Position numbers and translations under genes: made by a program. From contig JASCQW010000105.1 in NCBI GenBank assembly GCA_030264375.1, positions 51,747,313-51,811,312 on the forward strand: a stretch of DNA of 64,000 bases. The letters run 5' to 3'. The notes beneath the pieces are model-generated. The model was not told the origin of the DNA. It searched no databases and saw nothing but the letters and a program-made list of their open reading frames with translations. Below are positions 13,770 through 23,506 of the stretch, one piece after another. This DNA is from Carcharhinus longimanus. Lineage: Eukaryota. Within the stretch, counting starts at the first letter, position 1, and each line of letters begins with the position of its first letter.

Positions 13770-13930
13770 GTGTACTCCACAGCTAGCTAAGCATGGGAAC
13801 CAGAACCAGCACCACAGGACATCCCAAACTTAGATATAAAAGACAATCTGAAAGCCAACTTAGGACATGCAAGCTGGGTTCCAATACATGAGGAGAAACA
13901 ACCTGGGGCAGAGCCAAAAGGAGAAGTCCG
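13770..13930 (+). mobile_element. Decayed RTE LINE fragment
   Basis: ggacatcccaaacttagatat...ctgaaagccaactta resembles GxPKLRY...LKANL of the RTE C-terminus. Confidence 0.45.
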
Positions 13931-14363
13931 TGTCATCAAGCAATTTCAACATTTGAGAATACAATCAAGAGCTTGGCGCTAGGCCAATGTCTCCGTCCAT
14001 CCCTCCAACTCTTGACTTCATATGCAGTATTTTGCAATTGATTATGCAAATCAAGACTTGGCCTAACATAACGTGTGAGAGGACATCAACCTAGACTGTA
14101 AACAGGCCTCTTTTTGTTTCCTTGCTGAACACTGAAATGTTAAAGCAACAGGACACTCCATTCTATTAGACTGACCACTACACTCCGGCAACCAATATTT
14201 TGTGGCATTCTTAATGTACTAAATTATGTGCTAATGTAATTCCAAGGGACTAACAATTAAATCTGGAGATGAAAATCCATGTGGAACTAAATAATGTATT
14301 CTGATTATGTCACTTATATTTGGTTTTCTGAAAATAATCATTAATTCGCACTCTAATACATAC

Positions 14364-14429
14364 ATGCTTTCATTGGGTGAGATGCTGTCGTTCAAGTAAG
14401 ATCCATTTCTGTTTTCCATCTCTGCTAGC
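14364..14429 (-). CDS. DMD: Dystrophin exon 73 (66 nt): LAEMENRNGSYLNDSISPNES
   Basis: Lies within ORF 14231..14440(-). cag|GCTAGCAGAG...GAAAGCAT|gtatgt; 66 nt. Confidence 0.95.
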
Positions 14430-14754
14430 CTGCAAAACAAAAATCAGCAATTATCAAGGTTGCGGTGAATTGAAACAGCTTTGCGAAAATAACTAGTCAC
14501 ATTTTACATTTTTGGGACAAAGTCTTCAGGATATAACAATATCAGCATCAATCTCAGCAGGGTTTACAAGGGTCTGTGGAAACAGATAGATTTCCACAAA
14601 ATTACAAAGTTCATCTCTAGTGCAAGCCTTCCCCACGCAACCAGTAAATCTGATACTAACCTGTTATTAGTAGGAGATTAACCAGGCCCCCACCCAATTT
14701 CCCTCTTGGCCCTTGCAGGGAGACTGAAGAAAGTTTTTAATTAAAACCATCAAT

Positions 14755-16025
14755 ATCTTATCTTTATGTAGCACCTTTAACAGAATGAAGGCACTTCACA
14801 GGAATGTTATAAAACAAAATATAACACTAGGCCATATAAAGGGATGTTAGGTGGTTAAAGAGGTAGGTTTTAAGAAGTGTTGTAAAGGAGGCAAGTTAAA
14901 GAGGTTTAGGGAGAGTATTCTAGAACTTGGGGGCTAGTCAACTATATGGCTACCAATGGTGGAGCAATTGTAATTTGAGAATTCACAAGAAGCCAGAATT
15001 AGAGAAGCGCAGTTGTCCCGGCTGGAGGATATTATAGGGATATAATATCCTCCAACCCACGAGGTGGGTGTGCCGGAGGATCATAAGATCAAATTTGACA
15101 CCAGGGTTGTGAGTATCAAACTTAAATCTCAGACTGTTGCCAATGGGAGAGGTTAAGTCCTGCAAGAAGTCTCACAACACCAGATTAAAGTCCAAAAGGT
15201 ATATTTGGTAGCAAACGCCACTAGCTTTCAGGGCTCTGCCTCTTCGTCGGGTGAGTGGGGAGTTCTGATCACAAACAGGGCACATAAAGACAAATACACA
15301 GTTTACAGAATACTGATTAGAATGCGAGACTTTACAGCTAATCAAGTCTTAAAGGTGCAGACAATGTGAATGGANNNNNNNNNNNNNNNNNNNNNNNNNN
15401 NNNNNNNNNNNNNNNNNNNNNNNNNNNNNNNNNNNNNNNNNNNNNNNNNNNNNNNNNNNNNNNNNNNNNNNNNNNNNNNNNNNNNNNNNNNNNNNNNNNN
15501 NNNNNNNNNNNNNNNNNNNNNNNNNNNNNNNNNNNNNNNNNNNNNNNNNNNNNNNNNNNNNNNNNNNNNNNNNNNNNNNNNNNNNNNNNNNNNNNNNNNN
15601 NNNNNNNNNNNNNNNNNNNNNNNNNNNNNNNNNNNNNNNNNNNNNNNNNNNNNNNNNNNNNNNNNNNNNNNNNNNNNNNNNNNNNNNNNNNNNNNNNNNN
15701 NNNNNNNNNNNNNNNNNNNNNNNNNNNNNNNNNNNNNNNNNNNNNNNNNNNNNNNNNNNNNNNNNNNNNNNNNNNNNNNNNNNNNNNNNNNNNNNNNNNN
15801 NNNNNNAAAGCTAGTGGCATTTGCTACCAAATAAACCTGTTGGACTTTAACCTGGTGTTGTGAGACTTCTTACTGTGCTTACCCCTGACCAACGCCAGCA
15901 TCTCCACATCAGAGATTAAGTCAGCAGCTAGGAATTGAGTTTGGAGTGAAGACTGAGAACAATGGCTTCAGTTGTGCTGGCATTTAATTGGAAGAAATTT
16001 CAGCTCATCCAGGACTGGATAACTA
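14755..16025 (-). mobile_element. L2-type LINE 3' region interrupted by a Penelope-like insertion
   Basis: Reverse L2 tail tatgtagcacctttaac; the L2-like sequence resumes after 15922. Confidence 0.55.
15160..15910. mobile_element. Penelope-like element with inverted terminal arms (pseudo-LTRs) flanking an N gap
   Basis: 15164-15228 is the near reverse complement of 15807-15871. It has the same 3' end (gcatctccacatc) as the 58895-59100 element. Near-perfect 12-bp TSD agaggttaagtc (15148-15159) / agagattaagtc (15911-15922). Confidence 0.78.
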
Positions 16026-18184
16026 ATGTCTTCTGCTTCATGGATTCTTGCACTGGTCCCACTCCATCAAGGGCTCATTTCAATTAGGTCCAATTTCTGC
16101 GTGGAGGTCAGCTTGCCACTTCTCATTGGTTGTGTGGAATGCTAGACTTCTGCTCAGCACCATGTGAGCCAGGGAAATGGAGACTCCACCTCTGCTGCAT
16201 CCTCCTGATGATGTGCATCTTATAAGGATCTGGTGGGTAAAGGCTCCACACTGTACTCAACGTACCTAAGGACCCCTAAAATGGTAGAGACCAAGCACAA
16301 GCATACCCATATGTTCCCAATGGCTTCCACCAGTCTGTCCCACCAGGGTTACAATGGGAAACCCCAGCAGTTTGTGTGCCCTGGAGCTACAATGGAAAAC
16401 CAACAGAAGCCAGACAAATTTTTCGATCCTTTTATCTTTTATTGATCATTTCAAAAGTGAGTTTGATATATTCTTGAAAAGAAGATATTGCGAGTGCTTT
16501 AGGGAAAGAACAGGAGGGTGGGACTTATTGAGTAGCCCTTTCAAAAAAAACAGCACAGGAATAGTGGGCTGAATAGCCTCCTCTGTCCTACATGCCTTTT
16601 CTTCCTCAGGCTCAGTCGGTTATTCTTATTCTTCAGTTCATCCAGATAGGTATGCTTGTAGCAAATGAATGAGATGGTTGCCTAATCCCACATCTCATCA
16701 TTGCTGTCAGGTGAGTCAGCCTGGGGACAGAGGAATTGGATTTCTAAAGCCCCACCCCAGCATGCCTAGAAATGCTATAGCCTATATTGAACATTCCCTC
16801 TGCAAAGAGCAGCTCAGATTAGGAATTGCTATGTCTACTTTTGTTTTGTTTCAAACAGTCAAACCAACAACTTCCGAGAAGCCAAAGCTATTACCCTCTT
16901 TTGCAAAGATTATTGATTGAGCCCATACATTGCACTCATTCCTTACAATAAGAAATCCAGTAGGAGGCAGTTGAACTCATGAACCATTTTATCTGTCTCA
17001 AGTCTTTCCACTCCCTGTATCTGACTAATGAACAAAGTATCCTTAAGGAGTGATAACATTGCATTCAGATAAAAAGGAAACAGGCAATGCATGACAGTGC
17101 ATGTTTCTAGCCAAGTTCTCTTTGTAGTGATATCAATTCACAGTAACGTTATGTAGCTTCTGACATGTCACATCAAGGTAGGATGAACAACCATATTTTA
17201 AAACACTGCCATTCACCAGAGGCATGATTTTTTAAAGTGGCTACTTGAACTCCTAATTTTGGCTCCAGTTCACATTAGCTGACAGGCATTAATATGATTC
17301 ATATTAACAAAGGTTTTACATAAATTCTTTATACGTAATAGGAAGCTGTTGGATCCATAAAAGTTTTGAATTCAGAGTTAGTTTTTAGGGTACACGTTTT
17401 AGAATGCCTCACGTCTTTTCAAGGATTTTTTTGGCTTTTAATTAATGCTCTTTCTTTAATCTGCTGGGTTTTTTGGCTACAGCAGATCAGCAAGCATAAC
17501 AATCCATTTCCAAAACCCCACTGGTACCTGCAGTGATCAGTCTCGTCTTCCCCATAACTCTCATTAGCAATCTTGTCTCCTCACACATGCTGGTGTACTG
17601 CATCCAACAATAGAAAGATAGAAATTAGGAGTAGGCCATTCCGCTCTTCAAGCCTGCTCCGCCATTCATTTGACTATCGCTGATCGTCAAGTTCAATATC
17701 ACGAACTTTCCTTCCCTCCTTGATGAGTACCATATAGTGTCAGCAAGCCAACTCTTAGGGCCATGGCACGTAGCCCAGAATCTACTACTCAAAGCAAGCC
17801 ATTACCCACGACAGGATCATCACTATAGCTCTGCGCACCAATCGACATGTCTGTGTGCCTACATGCTTGTCTTTCACTGCATCCTCTAGTGCATGTGCAG
17901 TTTGTTCCAATACCATTTGGTGTTTACCCATCAGCCAGCTCAAAGTACTGTTTTGTACCTGTGTTGCTGATATCAACCACCATCAGCAATTGTTGGTTAC
18001 TCACTTCGCCTCTTTCTGGCTCTGGGTAACAGTCACTCTGCCTTTCACTGCCTGCAATTTCACAACTCAAGCTGTCTGTTGCTGCTGCGCCACCTCATGC
18101 TTCTCCACTACAGCACTCACACTGTTAATTTGGAGCATTTGCTTTTAGTGACTGGTGTATGAGGGACACCCAGGTCTTTTTAAG

Positions 18185-18491
18185 TAGAATCCCAGTGGTG
18201 CAGGAGGAGGCCATTCAGCCCACTGAGTCTGCACTTGACAGGTCTTCTCCCCCACTCTATCCCTGTAAGCCCATGCATTTACCATGGCTAATTCATCTAA
18301 GCTACACACCTTGGAGCACTATTGGGTAATTTTACCATGGCAAATCCACCTAACCTGCACATCTTTGGACTGTGGGAGGAAACCCAAGTAGACACTGGGA
18401 GAATGTGCAAACTCTACACAGTCACCAGAAGCTGGAATTGAAATCAGGTCCCTGGTGCTGAGAGGCAGCAGTGCTAACCATTGTGCCACCC
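18185..18491 (-). mobile_element. HE1-like V-SINE
   Basis: Full head (gaggcagcagtgctaaccattgtgccacc), V domain and tail. Confidence 0.87.
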
Positions 18492-19374
18492 TTATAGGTC
18501 TCTTTGTACAAGGACATAAAATAATATAATTCAGTGTCTGGTGTATACAGATTGATCTCTTTGCAAGTATATTTCTCCAAGTTGCAAGTATCTCTCACTG
18601 CAAGACCTCTTTCTGTGTTCTATTAAGCAGTGGAATTTAATAAAGGCATTACCAGTGACATTCCATTTTTTAAATACGAATTTATTCAAGCTATCAATGG
18701 ATATGCAACTAAAGCATGTAAATTAAGTTGAGTTGTTCACTCAGTCTAATTAAACAACAGAGCAAGCTCAAGTGGCCAAATAACACATTCATGTTCCATG
18801 AGAATGCATGTTCACAACAACAAACTCCTTCAGCGTGCCTTCTGAGGTTAGAAACGATTGTTGGCATAATGTTTGACATCCTATTTACATAATACCATAT
18901 AATGGTGACATAGAAATTAAGAGTCAATTTGGAAAGAAACATCACTTAACAGTGCAGTTGTGTAAATTAGTCTAGGTGTTCTGGGAAAATCATTGTATAT
19001 CAACATTGCAATTTCGCTTGAGCAGTGAATTGCATTAAAAAGCACCCATACGAAAATAGCAGAGCTATGTACAAAAAAGTTATAGTCCACTTTCATACAA
19101 CATCAGTTACAAACCTAATGATTATTATACTGAAGCACAAAAATATTCCATCCATCTTCAGCCTACAATGTGGCCATACTGCTGTAGACTGGGAAAAGTT
19201 AACTGAATATTTTTCCATATAACGTTAGTTGGAAAGCTAATTGGAGATTATTGTTGAAGATATCAATTTTGACTGAAAGTTGAGATGCAACAGAATCATT
19301 GAGAAATAATATATTTCATTGAAATGAATGATGATTAAATTGAGATCCACAAATGACACACAACTGTCTCTTAC

Positions 19375-19440
19375 CTGCTAGCATAATGTTCAATTCGTGA
19401 ATGAGTATCATCATGTGACAACTGAGGGGATGAGGCAGGT
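19375..19440 (-). CDS. DMD: Dystrophin exon 72 (66 nt): PASSPQLSHDDTHSRIEHYASR
   Basis: cag|ACCTGCCTCATCC...GCTAGCAG|gtaaga; 66 nt. Confidence 0.96.
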
Positions 19441-22149
19441 CTGCAATTGAGAAAAAGACCTGCTGTTTACAGAAGTGTAACACCGTGCAAATCATAAAGC
19501 GACAGGCTGCTTGATTTATCACCTCCCACTGATAACAATTTACCAAGGACATTGGTGTACAATTATCTGGAACACAAGACAAATCTGTGACAATACAGTA
19601 AATAGTGACTACTGTATCTGCCAATCCCATTGTGATGTCCATCTCTGCATGGTCTACTTAATTGTGATAAGACAATTGCGATAATTTATCTTTTGTGTTA
19701 CATGTGGGCAAGGTCTGGGACAAGTATGCTGCTGTGAATTTCAAAAGCCATACAACTCACACCAATCTTACTTTAATAAAATTAACTTTAAACTTTGCCA
19801 CGGGTGACTTTCTGCATTCATCATGCTCTGCTTTTAATATGCATGTCTCTTCCTGATATTTCCGAAAACCAAATGAAAAGATAATGCAACTCGATTCCCT
19901 TCATTGTGCTTGAAATGGTGCTAAATTGGAAAAGCACTTCTGATTGAAGGAAAATTATTGCCAACAGTACATAGGTAATAGAAACATTTCTATTACTGTA
20001 CATGGCTGATAAATGTCAAGGGATTTCAAATGGAGAACTGGTGATTTCAAAGGAAAAAGTCCATTTCCAACAGTTCAGAGGTTCAAACCAATAATCATTC
20101 AACAGTTCTACTTCACAGATTTAAATTAAAAGTTTGAGACAGGCAGCTTGGAGTTGTAAAATGAGATATACACATTTATTTAAAGTGAAGCCCACATTTT
20201 AAAATGAACCATACCACTATTAACTCTCTGGAAAATTATTTATTGTAAATAAATCTATTTATTCCCAGCACTGACTCTCTCCCTCTCTCTCCCCATCAAC
20301 CTGAATAAATAATAGAACTGGGAGTTTATTACTCGGGGTTGCCTAAAAATTGATAAGGTGGGTATGCAAACTACTCTGGTTTATTCAAATCTATGCACAT
20401 TTAAAACCTGGATCCAGCAAGGGAGTTGCTCCATCAAAATTACTCAATTATTCTTTTACAAAGTATTGTAACACAGTTGGCATTTTATTGGTGGCATAAT
20501 CACAATCATAGAATGATACACCACCGAATGAGCGCATTAAACTCATTGTGCCTGTGCTAGCTTTTGGAAGGAGCTACCCACATAGTTCCAACCCTTTGCC
20601 CTTTCAACATAGTCCTGCAAGTATTTCCACCAAGTCTTTTTCCAATTCCCTTTTAAAAGCTATTTATTTAATCTGTTTCCACCACCCTTCTTGACAGACA
20701 GTAGGAAAAACTTGCAGGGATATACTGGAGGAGCAGGGGAGGGGCGAGGTGATTAATTTGATTGCTTTCTGAAGAGTCGATGCAGACTTGATGGGCTGAA
20801 CAGTCTCCTTCAGTGATAAGATGTGCTGAAGATATGCAATTGCAATTATTTGTGTGAAGATAGATGAACTCCCATTTGGACAATTCATCACTGTGGGATG
20901 ATACTGAATATTCAAGCTAAGGTTTAGAAAAATTAAAGCCATAAACAACAATTTTAGGGTACACAAAGTTCCATTATTCGCACTCTGTCATCCATTTTTA
21001 TTTTTCAAAGAAAACTGTTCAAGAGACACTTATTGATACTATTTTATTATGTATCACACTTATTGCTTGGGTATTACAATGCCATACATTGAATATGATA
21101 ACATGAGGACTGTCAATTATTCATCCATTTTCACTATTTACCTGCTGGATGGGAAGGGTCTTCTCCACTTGAGGGGGATAATTAAAATTTAGGTATACAC
21201 AAGGTTGGTGATAATTTACCGCCACATCGGTGTTTTAACCAGGAAATAAACTTATGCAATCTTGAACTACTGCTGAGGTCTTTTCCTGATCTCACTGCAG
21301 GAGGAACATATTTACCCAAGCAAAAGGGAGCTTATGCTGAGCTCCCAAAAAAATTACTGGGGCAGAGTGGGAGAGCTGAGGAAATTCCTGTGTAATTTTT
21401 AAAGGGTTAGCATAATGTTGAACGTTGTGACTCTTTACGCGAAGGATATATGATAACTTCTGAAACCCACTTTTAATGTTAATAACTAAGCAGAGATTCC
21501 CCTACAAAAAAAAATGGAAGTGGGAAGTTGGAATGGAAAACACATGGTGTTGCATCAGCCGATATTCAGTTAAATGGATTTGAATATCTGAGAATGCAGG
21601 TAACAGCTGGCTGAAATAATGTCATCTATTTTGTGCTAACAACCAAGGTGAGTTTCTAACACAACGCATCTCAGCCCTAACCCATGATTACAAATTATCG
21701 CACTTTTACAATTTGCTTTTCCCTTTTCACACAGATCAATGAGAGGCTTCTCCAATTTAGCGGCAGTCAGTGCTGAATGAAGGACAATTTTGAGTTATGT
21801 AGGCTGAGTTTGTCAGAATAAAGCCTTTTCATGTCCAACCTGTACAACCTACAGAGAACTAGACACCACCATTCCAAGCTGGAGTTGAACAAGCATTTGA
21901 GGTGATGAACTACCCTCAGGACATAAATTATTTTCTTTATTTAATATAGAAACCTTAAAAATAGAAAAGGCTGGTTTTGTGACATTTTACCTTTTGAAAT
22001 GTTTCAGAAAATTTACACAATCGTGTTCAAAAGCAAACTAAGTCAAGCAACTGGGAGTGGAAACATTAAGAACACTGGTTGCAATCATTTCTTAAAAAGA
22101 AAAATAAATAAACCACGATGCAGATGTGTACATCAGCAGAAGTACTCAC

Positions 22150-22188
22150 TCATAATCTACTGGCCAGAAGTTGATCAGAGTAACAGGA
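22150..22188 (-). CDS. DMD: Dystrophin exon 71 (39-nt cassette-type exon): PVTLINFWPVDY(E)
   Basis: cag|TCCTGTTACTCTGATCAACTTCTGGCCAGTAGATTATGA|gtgagt; 39 nt; forms the end of ORF 22146..22355(-). Confidence 0.95.
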   Translation of the reverse strand, partial: SCYSDQLLASRL

Positions 22189-22439
22189 CTGCAAGACAAA
22201 AATATGGAGATGAAGTGGCAGCTGAAACTCAGGGGAAACGCAACAAGCACAAAATAAGGAGGGGGAGAAAAGCAGCAGAAAGAACAATGATGTGAATGAA
22301 CATGGGAGCAATATGAAGAAATAATATGCAATGTATGTGCAAAGATATCATGCAACTGTTTTGCAACAACAGAAATATATCTTTCAATGTAGTTAAAATG
22401 TATAAATTTAAGATAGGTGCAAAACTGAGAGCATCTCTA

Positions 22440-22794
22440 TTACACTGTTCTCCTGTGGACCATTTCCTCTTTGCCATATCTAAAAGCAATGACCTTTGCT
22501 GGGGTTCCATTCCAGGGGTCCCAGCAGTTCGACGTTACCTTGCTAAGGTAACCCTCGTTCATGTGTTGATCCAGATAACGAGTGCTTGCAGGTTATTTAT
22601 CAAGAAGGGTATAACAGCAGTTTGCTTCTGTCCTCGCTTCATGTTCAAAGGTGTACACTTTCCAGTAGGAGTCACCAGAGAGCCAGCAGGTATAAAATCC
22701 TTAGAAATATTGCCTCTTGTAGTCAAAGAGCTTGGAGGTTAATTGGTGTGCCTCACTGCTGCTCTCTCAGGTTAACTAACTCAGGATGAATCAT
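22440..22794 (-). pseudogene. Unidentified decayed reading frame (~115 codons, 2 TAA stops, 1 inferred frameshift) in intron 70
   Basis: Manual translation gives a protein-like sequence. A stop-free 138-codon antisense ORF (22326..22742+) lies in exactly the same codon register. The segment looks more GC-rich than its flanks. Confidence 0.35.
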
Positions 22795-23384
22795 AGGTCA
22801 ATTCTATTCTGTATGTTTTACTACACAATATGTTAATGCATTCTGAACAGCATTAAGAATGTAGTGCTGCTATCGATTAATGCAATAGGATTATTGCAAA
22901 AAAATATAAGTAGATGTAGTTACAGACAAAATTACTCAAGGAACAAAGGTTGCTGCATGCCATTTTAAGACCATCACATTTTTGGTTTAAAACTTCCAGA
23001 CAAGCAAAACCCTATTCGAATTTCTAAATCAACCTATTTGTAGGTTAATATGGACGTCCTCAGAATGGCCTTACACACAATGGCTGGAACTCTACCACCT
23101 CATTCACCATGGAATCAGCGCAGACGAGAGTCTGACAAAGGAAATCTCCAGTCTCGTCTGAGCAAGGCTGTAAAATCCCACCCATGGTGGCGCAATTTGA
23201 ACTATATGCATCTCCCCACTGAGGAGAACATTTGGAATTTTGTCCATTCTGCACCCATTCAGAATTCATGAAATGCCACATGAAAGTAATGATTAATTTT
23301 TACCACAAAATTAGTAGAGCTCATAACATAACCAAGAGAAACTGAAATACCATACAGAAATACCATATGGTACTCTATACCATA

Positions 23385-23506
23385 CAGGGTATACAGTATA
23401 AGAGCTGGAGTCTAATGTTGCAGTTGTATAGAACATTGGTTAGGCTGCATTTAGAGTACTGCGTCCAGTTCTGGTCGCCTTACTACCGGAAGGACGTGGA
23501 GACTCT
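23385..23506 (+). mobile_element. CR1 LINE ORF2 fragment
   Basis: ORF 23367..: GIQYKSWSLMLQLYRTLVRLHLEYCVQFWSPYYRKDVE. Confidence 0.85.

Noticed and set aside
15338-15863. 150-165 aa ORFs (also 46380-46646 and 60403-60899)
   Set aside because: They are open only because they run through N gaps.
18430-18491. tRNA-like A/B box sequence
   Set aside because: It is the tRNA-derived head of a SINE, not a tRNA gene.
22326-22742. 138-aa plus-strand ORF as a gene
   Set aside because: Its composition looks like the antisense shadow of the minus-strand frame; no recognisable domain.
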